Of a stretch of 64,000 nucleotides of DNA, positions 1 to 12,815 are shown one piece after another. How positions within the stretch are numbered: the stretch's first letter is position 1; the number at the start of each line of letters is the position of its first letter. The notes under the pieces are model-generated. The model was not told where the DNA came from. It saw only the letters and a list, made by a program, of their open reading frames with translations, and searched no databases. Source of the stretch: Malacoraja senta (Eukaryota); contig CM075997.1 of NCBI GenBank assembly GCA_038087875.1, positions 4,156,001-4,220,000 of the forward strand, given 5' to 3'. The position numbers and the translations under genes are program-made.

Positions 1-203
1 CTAGGATGGCATCAATGTATTACTAGACTGGTGATCCTGCATGAATGCTCAAGATTACATAGCACTTTAAGACAACCTAGAATTTTTTTCCTGGTATGCC
101 CATCCTCAACCACCTTCATTAAGTTCTGATCATACATCTTTCCAGAGTGGGAATTTGCATTTAGATTGCTGCCCTCTTCAAAGTTACACCTTTCAGACAA
201 GTT

Positions 204-1095
204 ACAACGGTGATTGGCCTCATCAGCGACAATGATGAGTCGGCCTATAGGGAGGAAGTCCAGCTCCTAGCAGCATGGTGCGCTGACAACAACCTGGCCC
301 TTAACACCAAGAAGACCAAGGAGCTCATTGTGGACTACAGAAGGTCTAGGGGTGGCACGCACACCCCCATCCATATTAACGGGATGGAGGTGGAGCGTGT
401 TTCCAGCTTCAGGTTTCTGGGGCTCAATATCCCTGATGACCACTCTTGTACCCACAATACCTCAACACTGATTAATGAAGGCTCACCAGCGTCTCTTCTT
501 CCTGAGGAGACTAAAGAAGGTCCATCTGTCTCTCCTCAGATTCTGGTGAACTTCTACCGCTGCGCCACTGAGAGAGCATCCTTACTAACTATATCACAGT
601 ATGGTATGGCAACTGCTCTGTCTCCGACCAGAAAGCACTGCAGAGGGTAGTGAAAACTGCCCAACGCATCACCGGTTCCTCACTCCCCTCCATTGAGTCT
701 GTCCAGAGCAAGCGATGTCTGCGAAGGGCGCTCAGCATCGTCAAGGATTGCTCTCACCCCAACCACAGATTGTTTACCCTCCTCCCACCTGGGAGGCGCA
801 ACAAGTCTCTCCATTCCCGGACCAGCAGGTTCAGGAACAGCTTCTTCCCTGTGGTTGTTACCCTATTTAACTCTACGCCTTGGTGATTGCCAGTCATCCC
901 CCACCCCCCCGGACACTCCTTCCCCCAGTGACTGATCTCTCTCCCCGGAAATTGCACTACTGCTACTGTATATACATATATATATTTATGGTTCCATTAT
1001 TCTGTGTTCGCACTTTTGGGTGAGATGCTAACTGCATTTCGTTGTCTCTGTACTTGTTTGTACACTGCACATTGACAATAAAGTTTTGAATCTGA
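204..1095 (+). mobile_element. Rex1/Babar-type LINE, 5'-truncated 3' fragment
   Basis: Frameshifted ORFs GLISDNDESAYREEV..WCADNNLALNTKKTKELIVDYR and HPNHRLFTLLP.GRR..SRTSRFRNSFFP; 3' ACAATAAA tail. Confidence 0.85.
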
Positions 1096-1142
1096 AGTTG
1101 TTAAATTCAGACTATCTATCGGTCAGACAATGAATACTAGAC

Positions 1143-1350
1143 GAAGGTAGACAAAAAATGCTGGAGTAACTCAAGCAGGACAGGCAGCATCTCTGGAGAG
1201 AAGAAATGGGTGACGTTTCAGGTCGAGAGGTCTCGACCCAAAACGTCACCCATTCCTTCTCTCCAGAGATGCTGCCTGTCCCGCTGAGTTACTCCAGCAT
1301 TTTATGTCTACCTTCGATTTAAAGCAGCATCTGCAGTTCTTTCTTATACA
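1143..1350. mobile_element. Short hairpin-forming Penelope-like non-autonomous element
   Basis: Internal inverted repeat (atgctggagtaactc...gagttactccagcat); 14-bp TSD aatgaatactagac at 1129-1142 and 1351-1364. Confidence 0.75.
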
Positions 1351-1979
1351 AATGAATACTAGACAATATATACTGGAGAGTTAAGATTTTGCAAGTGTAA
1401 TAACACAAAAATATCAATGCAAGTGGGGATGCTTCTATTCAAAATATGCCTTTAGGCCCCAAAAAAGACACTATACAAATGCAAGTTAATGGTGAGTATA
1501 AAATACTCAGAACATTGGATGCTGCCTGGACCATGATCCAGTTCAAATGTGAATCACACAAGCCTATTGTATCATGCAAGGCACAATGTATCACTATTCT
1601 CAGAGGAGGATTGTTGTTGTCAACTTCCACGCAAGCAGCACCACACATTAAATAACTACTGAATAGCAACATATCGACTTGCCATACTGGCGTACAACTG
1701 TTAAATGGAACTTGCCCATCTCCTCCATGCAATCAGAAAGACATGCCCCACTGAAATACAAGAATCTCCCTCAAAAATCTATTTTTACAGAATGTTATAA
1801 AGCTTCAGTTATCCAACATTTTGTCCGAATAATGTATTCCCAAAATTAATTTGTAGTTAGCATTAAATTCTTAAAAACCATTGGACAAATTTTCTGATAG
1901 AAAATAATTTTATAATTTCCAATTGACATTGCTGATCAATAAAACTAACTCCCTGCAGAATTTCTGCTTACTACAATGA

Positions 1980-2812
1980 TACAATTTATTTGTTGTCATT
2001 TGAACCCAAGTTCAAACGAAATTTGGCTTCTGCAGTCATACAAACAAGTAAAAAGAACCAAGACACAACACAATTTACACAAACATCCATCACCGTGAAT
2101 CTCCTCCTCACTGTGATGGAAGGCAAAGTCTTATCTCTCCCCTGCACTCCCCATTCTCCTCCCGATGTCAAAGTCAAAGCCCCCGGCGGGCGATGGTAAA
2201 TATGTCCCGCGGCCATTAAAGCCGCGCCGGGCGATGCAAGGCCACGCTCCGGGTCTTGATGTTGGAGCCCCCGGTAGCGCTAGCAAGTCCCGCAGCCATT
2301 AAAGCCGCGCCGGGCGAAGCAAGGCCCCGCTCCAGGTCATTTTCAACCCCGCAACTCGGGCAGGAGAAGTTGCCGTTGCGGGAGCCCCGAAAAGCGGTCA
2401 CCCACCAGGGAACCCGCGAGCTCCCGATGTCACCGTCCACCGAGCCGGCAGCTGGAGCCTCCAAATCTCCGGGGTCGGGCCGCAGCAGCGTGCCACCACA
2501 GCTCTCCACGCTCCGAACTTGGCCAGCTCCGCGATGGTAAGTCCGCCGGCTCCGCGACTGGAGCCCCCGGGTCGTTCCGTTGGAGGCCGCTCCACGGTGC
2601 TAGGCCCCAACGACTACGGAGACCCGACAGAGAAAGGTCTGGTCTCCCGTGCAGGGAAAAGATTTTAAAAGTTTCCCCAACCCTACCCCCCACCCCCCAC
2701 ACATACCCAGTTTAAAAAACCCACTATAAACAAAACTCAAACAAAACAAAAAAATTGAAAAAGACAGACGGACTGCAGAAGCCGCTGCGACGCGAGTCGC
2801 GCCGCCCACCTA
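1980..2812 (-). mobile_element. Unclassified interspersed repeat with a GC-rich body and an AATAAA-type tail; related piece at about 7861-8135
   Basis: Internal direct repeats (gccattaaagccgcgccgggcga). It shares its architecture (aaagtttcc, C-run, A-rich linker, cagac/ggactg) with 7861-8135. Confidence 0.5.
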
Positions 2813-3655
2813 CTACCTCAAAAAGCTCCAAGATCCAAATGTACAACTCTTGATTTTAGTATGTTATTTAATGACCAAGATGAAATGCCATTTCTAGTGC
2901 TGTTCATTAACATATTTTCATAAACCACAATGGTTAGATGAAAGTGCGAGTCTTCAGACAGAAAAGGATTAATTTTAAAATCACATGATTGACTGGAACC
3001 ATTTTAGAACCCAGTCAAGAAAGCAACACATTCTAAACACATTTCTGAAATGTTGGAATATTTAATATCTTATTCTCTGCTACTCAAAATGCCATTCAAA
3101 CTCCATACAGAATTAATCCATAAATTAGATCACAACACAATTAATCCATTACAAAATATCAAGCTTGCTATTGCGCCATCAAAATGTCCAACTGGTTCAT
3201 ACCCATCCTGCTTGACATTCTAGTCATGATGAACAGCCAATTCCAGTTAATTATCCGAGTTTGCCAGTAATCTGTGTCTGGCGATATCTGGAAATACCAA
3301 TAGATGTTTACAGCTCAATCCTATCCAGTGCTTTTACAACCATCTACTTAAGCGACTCCTCAGCTTGGCCAGCACAGCCTTACATTAAGACAGCAGCATC
3401 AGGCCACCTGTTGATGGGAATCTATAACTAGCACAAGGTACAACAAGGTGGAGCCAATGCTCTCTTTGCTGGATGGTTTGAAGATAAAAGATCCACTGTA
3501 AGATATGCTCACCAACACTTCATGCAACCATTATCAAAATTTGTATTGAACAAGTTCTTTTAGATGCTTCTTCACAACATAACTGGCTATTATGGTCTGC
3601 TAGCTGTAAAGTGAGGTGTGGAACAAACAACTCTTCCCACTTTCTTCATAGTCTT

Positions 3656-3832
3656 AAGTGCTGGAGAAACTCAGCGGGTGTGGCAGCATCTACGGAGCGA
3701 AGGAATAGGCAACGTTTCGGCCCGAAACGTTGCCTATTTCCTTCGCTCCGTAGATGCTGCCGCACCCGCTGAGTTTCTCCAGCACTTTTGTCTACCTTCG
3801 ATTTTCCAGCATCTGCAGTTCCTTCTTAAACA
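3656..3832. mobile_element. Short hairpin-forming Penelope-like element
   Basis: Near-perfect inverted arms of about 65 bp centred on gtttcggcccgaaac; 14-bp TSD ttcttcatagtctt at 3642-3655 and 3833-3846. Confidence 0.8.
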
Positions 3833-4379
3833 TTCTTCATAGTCTTTACCTCTTATGCAAGTCTTTGACAGTTTGTGTGTGGCATGTGGCAGGCAAGACC
3901 CACATGCCACACACAAGTGCATTTTACATTTATCACAGCACTAGAAGCCACAAGGCCATTGTGTATGCCAACCTCCAACAGAGCAAGCCATTAATCTAAT
4001 TCTCATTAATCATATTCCACTGTAGACCTGCAACTTATTTTATCTCCTATGCTTCACAACTAAATCACCATATTCAATGAAGCAATATCAATATGCTGAA
4101 ATACTGCATCATAAAGTAACATTACTTTATAGTTAGAATTTCCAGCCAATATCAAAGACCAGCTTATCCAACATACCATGACTGGCAAAGCCAAGAGGGT
4201 AGATAGATAACCTGTCAGGGAGTGCCTTAATGTTAATCAATCCAGCCTGCATTTTGACAACAAAAAACCTATACTTTCATATTCCAATTTTAAACAGCAA
4301 TTCAATAGATCCATCATTTAAACATATGAATGAAATAGAACACAATTCTATGTTGAACGTGATAAATTACCCACCTATT

Positions 4380-4800
4380 CCCTCATTGGATCAACTTGCT
4401 CATGACAATAAACTAAGTGGAAATGTCAGCATGAATAGGGATGCAAAGCACACGTACCAGCTGAGAGTGGGCAGCAACATGGCACACAAAATACAATGTG
4501 GATAAATGTACGGTTATGCACTTCGGATAACAATAGAAGGCACTTAATGTTGATGATATTTTAAATGGGAAGAGGTTTGGGATCGTTAATGTTCAAAAGG
4601 GACCAGGAGTAATTGTATACAGTCGCTGAAAGATAGCGCGTAGGCTCAGCAGGTAGTTAGAAAGGCAAGTGGTATACCGTGGCTTTTGGTGTGGGAAGGA
4701 TTTAAAAGTACAGATGTCTTACATTACATTTTTACATTAGATCACAGTTGGAATATTAGGTACATTTTTAATCTTTATGCTTAAAAATATGTATGCTTGC
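4380..4800 (+). mobile_element. Highly degenerate CR1 LINE RT fragment
   Basis: Decayed match to the CR1 segment seen intact at about 44200-44600 (gagtgggca...aatgtggataaatg...ttatgcacttcgg). Confidence 0.55.
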
Positions 4801-5196
4801 CACAACAAAGATTTAAGATGATAGACAAAGTGCTGGAATAACTCAACGGGTCAGGCAGCATCTCTGGAGAAAAAAGATGGGCGAGACATTTCCAGTCAGG
4901 ACCCTTCTTCAAAATGTTTCCTTGAATGGCAGGAGCTATATATATGAGAAGAGACTAAGATTTATCCATCTCTGATTGAAAGTTTGTAAGAATATGAAAA
5001 TACCTCATTGAAACATACTACAGAGTTGATATGGAGAGGATGTTTCCCTAGCAGAGGATCCAGAGCAAAGGGATTAAGAAGGAACTGCAGATGCTGGAAA
5101 ATCAAAGGTAGACAAAAGTGCTGGAGAAACTCAGCGGGTGCAGCAGAATCTGTGGAGCGAAGGAAATAGGCTACGTTCAGGCCGAAACCCTTCTTC

Positions 5197-5396
5197 NNNN
5201 NNNNNNNNNNNNNNNNNNNNNNNNNNNNNNNNNNNNNNNNNNNNNNNNNNNNNNNNNNNNNNNNNNNNNNNNNNNNNNNNNNNNNNNNNNNNNNNNNNNN
5301 NNNNNNNNNNNNNNNNNNNNNNNNNNNNNNNNNNNNNNNNNNNNNNNNNNNNNNNNNNNNNNNNNNNNNNNNNNNNNNNNNNNNNNNNNNNNNNNN
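5197..5396. other. Assembly gap (200 N)
   Basis: Run of N. Confidence 1.
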
Positions 5397-7860
5397 CATT
5401 TATCAATCCTGGGAGGGGGCGATTTCAATGTCCCAGGTGTAGATTGGTCTGACGGCATACAAAGTGAACCAGAAGGAGCTCTCCAGGAAGCCCTAGCTGA
5501 CCTTACTCTGGAAAATCACCTGTCCCAAAAAGTCACTTTCCCTTCCAGACGTGATGAGACAAGTGGCACCGAAAATACTCTAGATTTATTGTTCACTTCT
5601 CACCCAGATTTAATTTCGGAAGTTTCATCGTGTGCTGGAATTAGCGATCATTATATTATCCAAGCAAAACTGCACACAAAGCTTAAAGTTCCTTCAAAGC
5701 CACCGCGTAAAATTTCCCTCTGGAGAAAAGTGAACAGTGAGGAATTTAAAGTCTTAGCAAAAAAACTGGGAAAAGATTTCTTCAACCTGCAACCAGATAA
5801 AAGATCCGTAAATGACAACTGGGTGTGGCTGAGAAACTCTTTAAATAATATTGTTACAAATCATGTTCCTCAAAAACTCATTAAGGGCCGTATGCGTCCT
5901 CCTTGGTTTTCGGCAAAATTGAAACGTCTCTGCAGTAAGAAAGAGAAGTCTTATATCCGTACCAAAAAAAAAAAAAAAGAGGTACAAAACTGGACTGGGA
6001 CAATTTTACTAGAATGCAAAAGCAAGTCGATCGTGCTATTAGGAGTGCTCATAGACAACATGTTTCTTCTATTCTTGGGGGAGAGCAACCCAAGGCTTTT
6101 TGGAGATATGTGAAATCCAGACGGACAGACAACACAGGTGTCCAGATGCTTAAAGTGAACAACTGTCTGATCACAGATGACCAGGCGAAAGCAGAAGCTC
6201 TTGCAAACCAATTCCAACACGTTTTCACCCGGGAAGATATGGAGCCTTCATCATTTCCAGTTCTACCGCCCAGCCCGTATGCTGATATGCCTGCTATTAA
6301 AATTGAGGTTGAAGGTGTCAAGAAGTTATTGCTCAACATCAATACCACAAAAGCAATTGGACCAGATCAGATACAGAATCAAGCCCTCAAGATCGCAGCC
6401 GAAGAACTAGCTCCAGTTTTGCAGTTCATTTTCCAACAATCGCTTGACTCAGGTGAAGTTCCGCTGGATTGGAGGAAGGCTAACATCACTCCTCTCTTTA
6501 AGAAGGGTTCAACCACCAACCCAGCGAATTATCGTCCTGTTTCATTAACAAGTACTTGCTGCAAATTACTGGAGCATGTAATTGATAGTAATCTGATGCG
6601 ACACGTGAGCAAACATAATATTCTTGCTGACAACCAACATGCATTTAGGAGGCATAGATCATGTGAGTCTCAGCTTATCCTGACGACAAATGACCTGGCC
6701 AAACATCTTGATGGTAATGTCATCACGGATTTAGTAGTGCTGGACTTTTCTAAAGCATTTGATGTCATCCCACACCAGAGACTGCTTCGGAAGCTTGACT
6801 TCTATGGTATTCGTTCCAACACGAAACGATGGATTTCCAGTTTCCTGACAAAACGTCTTCAGCGTGTGTGTGTGAACGGAAAGAGCTCCAATTGGCATCC
6901 AGTGTTAAGCGGTACACCTCAGGGCACAGTACTTGGCCCACATCTGTTTTTGCTTTACATAAACGACATCCATGAAAAAGTCGCAAGCACGACCAGACTA
7001 TTCGCTGATGATTGTTTGCTGTACCGTCCAATTAAGTCAGCTGATGATGAAGATGCTCTCCAAAAGGAACTCGATACAATGGTTGAGTGGTCACACCAAT
7101 GGGGCATGCAGTTCAACCCTCCCAAATGTGAAACCATGCGTGTCACCAGAAAGAGGAATCCAGGCAAAACATCGTACAATATACTTGGTACCACCCTTGA
7201 AGAATCCAAACAAACCAAGTATCTTGGCATCAAATTGCAGAATGATCTGCGTTGGAATGGTCAGACTCATCATGCAACGGTGAAAGCAACAGGTGTCTAA
7301 ATTTTCTGAGGCGCAACTTTCATCATTGTTCAACTTCTGTCAAGGAGAAGCGATAGTTCACCCTCGTTAGACCTCATTTGGACTACGCAGTTGCAGCATG
7401 GGACCCATACACAAATAAAAACATTTCTTCCATCGAACGTGTCCAAAGACAGGCAGCTCGATTTGTTACTAACACCTATGAGAGAGAAGCGAGTGTTACC
7501 CAACTTCTGAATTCTCTGGGGTGGAACCCTCTCCAAGACAGACGTGAAGCTCACCGTTTGACCTGTTTTTACAAATGTTAAATGGTCAGCTCAACATAGA
7601 TTACAAGACCTACACCAAACCCAAACCAATTAGGAGCAGACGAGGACATTCGATCCAATTTGAGATTCCAGCTACCAAGACAGATGTGTACAGCAATTCA
7701 TTCTTCCCCCGCACAATTAAAGCATGGAATAATCTTCACCCTACCATAGTTACCCAACCAGATGCAACTAAATTTCTGGCTTAAGTCCTCCCTCCACCAC
7801 CTCCAGTTTAAATTCCATTTGGAATATTTTGGAGGACCAAGAAACCAAGAACCAAGAACC
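5397..7860 (+). mobile_element. CR1-clade LINE of invertebrate-like type; ORF2 (APE endonuclease end and RT) near intact with a few frameshifts and stops
   Basis: Motifs GDFNVP, LDLLFT, ISDH, NYRPVSLTS, LDFSKAFD, GTPQGTVLGP, LFADDCLLY, AWDPY, NSFFPRTI..WN; (CAAGAAC)n tail at about 7838-7860. Confidence 0.88.
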
Positions 7861-8214
7861 ACGGTGGGGCTCAAAGTCAGTCCGAGGAGGCCTCCAGCTC
7901 CATTGATGGAAGGCCGCAGAGCGCCCGGAGAATGTGATCTGAAAATTAATCACATCTCCGGCAAGGTAAGAACCTGAAAAAAAGTTTCCTCCGATCCCCT
8001 CCCCCCCCCTCCCCCACATGAAACAAACGAAAGAACATTAAAACAAACTTTTAACACACTAAAAAATGACAAAAAGAATGAAAAAACGAACAGACTGCCG
8101 ACAGGGCAGCCATAACCCCGGCGCCCCGGTGGTATTTTAGTTTTCCACCCCTTTATTGTACTAATAAAAATATGGACAACATTCATCAGGCTGGGGACTA
8201 TCATTCGAAAGATT

Positions 8215-8835
8215 TTGATAAGACACAAAATGTTGGAGTAACTCAGCAGGACAGGTAGCATTTTGTGTCTATCTTTGGTGTAAACCAGCATCTGCAGTTC
8301 CTACACAAAGATTTTGATAACAAGGAACAGCAGATAGACACAAAATGCTAGAGTAACTCAGCAGGGCTGGCAGCATTTTGTCTCTACAGATAGACACAAA
8401 ATGCTGGAGTAACTCAGCGGGTCAGGCAGCATCTCTGGAAAAACGGAATGGGTGATGTTTCAGGTCGAGACCCTTCTTCAGACTGAGAGTCAGGGGAAAG
8501 GGAAACAAGAGATATAGGACAAATGAACGGAAGATATGCAAAGAGTAACGATCAAGGAAAGATGGGGCCAACAATGGTCCATTGTTGGCTGTGGGGAAGG
8601 TGACAACGAGGCATACAAACAGTAAAATTAATCAGGACTAGTTGGAGATGTTAAGAGATAAAATAAGTGTTAAGTTGCAGGAGCAAAGAAATGTAAAGGA
8701 AATGTGAAGAAATGTAAAGTCTAAGGATCCCGACCCAACTCGTCACCTATTCATGTCCTCCACTGATGCTGCCAGATCCCGCGAGTTATTTCAGCACTTT
8801 GTGGCTACGCAAGATTCCAGCATATGCAGTTCCTA
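8215..8835. mobile_element. Cluster of Penelope-like short element fragments
   Basis: Repeated tagacacaaaatgctggagtaactcagc units, plus the gggtcgagacccttcttcagac motif. Confidence 0.65.
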
Positions 8836-9420
8836 ATTTGCATCTCCAAATGTAAAGGATCATCTTGTTATTTAATCTCTCCACTTTACATTATACGGAC
8901 CAACCCATGTTCTCTTCTTTCTTCCACCGCGAGATAACCACTGAAGGCAGTAATCAACCAGAACCAGAACAGTTAAATACTTTTAAAAAAATGTAATGAA
9001 AAGCAAATGCTGGTGGTATTCAGGTCAGACCGCATTTGTGTAAGGACAAGCATAGTTAACATTATGCAGTGCTGGGGAGACTACATCATGACTGGCAAAG
9101 GCAGTTCACAATCAATCAATCAATCAATTTATTTGTATAGCACATTTAAAAACAACTCACGTTAACCAAAGTGCTGTACATTAGAGCGGATACTAATATG
9201 CTACATACAATGGTACACAGACCTAACGTTACATACATAAACTGTTCCACAACATTGGAAGTGTGCAGGTGAGTCACTGCCCCACCTGTAAGGTAGGTTT
9301 AGGATGTTGCAAATGTTGGGAAGTGGTAAAAGCACAGGTTTTGCATCCTCGGACAAGTATTCAATGAATTAAATTGTACAGAATGCCAAATTACAATACA
9401 CATTCTGTATCAGTTATGAA

Positions 9421-10676
9421 TAGCCAGGATTTTGCCATAAATGCCATGTGCCTTTTCATGCCTTTTTGATGATTTCAGGAAGATAATGCCTTTTTCACGA
9501 TTGAGTGCCTAAATCAGCCTTTTTTTTTTGCCATTTTAACATAACTTACAAGAAAGTTTACACTACCGGGGCGAAACCGTGGATGTGAAGTGGCGATTGG
9601 AGAAGGGTGCATGGGAAAGGGTCCAGTCTTTGCAGACTGGAGTCATGCTTTAAGTAGGTGTGAAGTAGTAATTGGGGAGGAGTAGGTGGGGAAGGATCTA
9701 GTCTTTTCAAACTGGAGTCAAGCTGTGAGTAGGTATGAAGTGTTGGTTGGGGTTGGGGTGTGGGGGATATCAGGGTTAAGTTTCTGTTTATCGAACCTGC
9801 AGTAGAACTCGTTCAGGTCATTGGTCAGCTGACAATTGTCCAAGGAGTGGGGGGTTTTCCTCTTGTAGCTTGTGATTTCTTGCAAGCCCTTCCACACCGA
9901 TGAAGAGTCATTTGCTGAGAACTTGCTCCTCAACTTCTCAGAGTACCTTTCCTTGGCAGCTCTGATTCCTCTTCTCAGCTTACACAGCGGAACATATATC
10001 GGAACAGAAACTTCAACATTGTTGTGCAGAAAATTAGAGATGAAGTTGCACGCAACAAAATATGGATCTCGATAGACGAGACAACCGATGCTATGGGGAG
10101 ATATGTTGCCAATGTGGTCATCGGTACACTGGAGGCAGGTCAACCATCAAAGGAGTATTTGTTGACATCGGAAGTATTGGAGAAGTCAAAGAGCACAACT
10201 ATTGCTCAGTTGTTTACATCTTCACTTGCTGTACTTTGTACTTAAAGTTCCTGGCGATGTAGGTAAAGACATACAAGGAAAATGTGAGAGAGTGATTTTA
10301 GCTAACAAAGAATTTGAAGAAATACAAAACATAGCTAAAGTTCTCAAAGGTAGTTGTAATGCACAAGATATCAACATGAATGTAGAGTTTGTAGCTTGTT
10401 TCACGTATGCACCAGTGACCTTAGCTGGGGTAGAAAGAAGTTTTTCACAACTGAAGCATATTCTGTCTGTCAGACGGCAGTTTAACACCAGATAATTTGA
10501 TAAAAATGCTAGTAGTTATGTGCAACCAGGCAACTTTGGTAATTTGTGTAGTATACCTTCATATTATCATTTTAACCATATTTTGGTGGAGGAAATAATT
10601 GCCTTTTTCCGTAATTTTTTATGCCTTTTTGCCTGCCTATTTCAGAGATTTTTAGCGCCTAAACATCCTGGCTCCA
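9421..10676 (+). mobile_element. hAT-superfamily DNA transposon relic (DUF659/CGGBP-related transposase type) with a nested Rex/Babar fragment (about 9560-9985, minus strand)
   Basis: Imperfect TIRs TAGCCAGGAT / ATCCTGGCTCCA; 8-bp TSD gttatgaa at 9413-9420 and 10677-10684; subterminal TGCCTTTT repeats; peptides KIWISIDETTDAMGRYVANVVIG and APVTLAGVERSFSQLKHILS. Confidence 0.75.
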
Positions 10677-11368
10677 GTTATGAATAAACCTATGAATCAT
10701 GAAATGACACGGTATTGAGTTTCTTGTAGAATGAAACCAAGCCTCAACTTTGGTATTGGTTTTGCTTTATCGTCATCACGTTGAGATAGTGACAACCTTC
10801 TTGTGCTATTCAGTTTAATCATGAGTACAATCTAATCTAACTATACACAAGAACAACAGCTTGTGCAAAGAGAAACTCTTACAGAATATGCAGAAAGTGC
10901 AGATGTTTTTTTTAAGTGCATGGGCTGCAACAGGTTGGTTGGAAGATCAGGAATATATCCTCAGCGTATGACAGATCCATTCGATGGTCTGATAATAGCA
11001 GGGGAAGAAGCAGTTCTCGCATCTATTGGTAAATGCTTTCAAGCTTTTGTATCTCCTGCCCGACAGACGTGGAGATGAGGGACTGACTAGGGTGTAAGTG
11101 GTCCTTGATTGTGTTGGCTGTTTTCCCGACATGACATTGAAGTGTAGACAGAGTCAATTGAAATGGGGAGGCTGGTTTGTGTGATGGAATCGGCTGTAAC
11201 AAAAACTCTCTGAACGCTCCTTCGCTCCATAGATGCTGCTGCACCTGCTGAGTTTCTCCAGCATTTTTGTGTACCTTCGATTTTCCAGCATCTGCAGTTC
11301 CTTCTTAAACACACTCTGAACTTTCTTGTTGCCAAATGAGGCAGCGATGCATCCTGATACGTCAAGAG

Positions 11369-11722
11369 CAGGGGTGGGGAACCTTTCCATGTTGGAATGT
11401 CGCATTAAGTTAGCTGTAATCTAATAAGGCCGCATACAAGAAACTTCAATTAGATATACTTCAAAATGTACATTATTTTGTTAAAATAGCCCTCATGACT
11501 TACTAATGTTTTATTTGTGGCTGTCAGTCGGGGAGGGTTATTTCGTTGAATCTACTTTTACTCTTTGGTATTTTAAATACGTTCATTTTAAGATTAAAAT
11601 TAAAATAATAAATGACGAACAAAAACATATTAATAAAAATAAAAGGATTTGTTCTACAACATTTGGATTCATTCAAAAGGCCGCACTTAATGGCCTAGAA
11701 GGCCGCAGGTTCCTCACCTCTG
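11369..11722. mobile_element. hAT (Charlie-like) MITE; the copies in array units 2 and 3 are interrupted by an L1
   Basis: TIRs CAGGGGTGGGGAACCT / AGGTTCCTCACCTCTG; perfect 8-bp TSD gtcaagag at 11361-11368 and 11723-11730. Confidence 0.88.
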
Positions 11723-12231
11723 GTCAAGAGTTTTATTGTCATGTGTTCCAGAATTTAATTGTCCTATCTGGGACACATGACAATAAAACTCTCTTGACTC
11801 TTGATAGGATGCTTTCTACGTTGCATTTATAGAAATTCCTGGGAGTCACCTACTTGACACCTTGGAACCTGCGGAGACACGCTGAATTTCTTTAGCCTTC
11901 TGAAAAAGGGTCTCGACCCGAAATGTCTCCCATTTCATCTCTCCTGAGATGCTGCTTGTCCCCGCTGAGTTACTCCAGCATTTTGTGTCTAACTTTGAGG
12001 AAATAGAAGCATTGTTGTGTTTTGGGGTTTTTTGGGGGGGAAACAAAAGAGGGATAGCTAGCGTAGGATACTGTAACCGCGTCCGTGTCCTTTATGTGAC
12101 GAATATTGCACACCTTGGGTATGCAAGCAATGGTCACTGTGACATTACATGTGACAATCAATTATTCAATTCAATGTGGCTGGACCAGTTCAAATTGTTG
12201 ATGGTATTTCCCGATAGGAACTTGACGCTCT

Positions 12232-12352
12232 TCTTCTTCTTTTGTGTGGCGTGCACAGCCTAAAGTTGTTGGACAACTTATTCTATTTGATCTTCCGTTT
12301 GTGCACGTCGAGTAGATTGCATTAGTCGAAACAGGTTGCAATCTTCCACCCC
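12232..12352 (-). mobile_element. Short non-autonomous retroelement with a 5' HDV-like ribozyme remnant and an (AAG)n tail; duplicated at 18997-19117 and 25763-25883
   Basis: Minus strand reads GGGGTGGAAGATTGCAACC..TGTTTCGACTAATGCAATC...AAGAAGAAG; TSD gacgctct/gaagctct. Confidence 0.7.
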
Positions 12353-12539
12353 GAAGCTCTCAACATTTGCTATTACAGTAACTGACGTAGAATTGAATGC
12401 CAAGTTTTTACCTGTCATCAGAGCAGTATGATGGATCATAAAATACTTAGCCACATAATTGGCACCTTTGAATCTGCTGAGTTGGCAGATGCATGGAAAA
12501 ATAAATGCCTTGCTGAAATCAATAAAAAATGCTATACTT

Positions 12540-12815
12540 TTACGTGGACTGAAAGATGCAGCATGGAAACAAGCCCTGCAGCCCACACCAACCATCAATT
12601 CCCCATTCACAATAGTTCTACATTATCCCACTTTCCCATCCACGAGGGACAATTTACAGAGGGGCAATTAACCTACAAACCTGCACGTCTTTGGGATGTG
12701 GGAGGAAACCCAGTCACGTGGAGCACGTGCAAACTCCGCAAGCAAAGCATCCAAGGTCGGGATCAAACCCAGCTCTCTGGTGTTGCGAGGTAGTAGCTTT
12801 ACCAGCTGCTCCATT
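12540..12815 (-). mobile_element. tRNA-derived SINE (V-SINE/HE1-like); duplicated in array copies 2 and 3
   Basis: Conserved core (aattaacctacaaacctgcacgtctttgggatgtgggaggaaac) and a B-box-like head; same family as 38500-38750 and 40600-40876. Confidence 0.7.

Noticed and set aside
12..200. 62-aa ORF, and unique-looking sequence at about 1400-1950 and 2820-3640, as exons of a neighbouring gene
   Set aside because: No recognisable protein similarity or consistent exon chain by eye. A gene here cannot be excluded without a search.
2160..2810. CpG-rich stretch as a promoter CpG island (also 28290-28830)
   Set aside because: It lies inside interspersed repeats and no adjacent first exon was found.
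5118..5458. ORFs spanning X runs
   Set aside because: Artefacts of the 200-N gap; the two sides are unrelated repeats.
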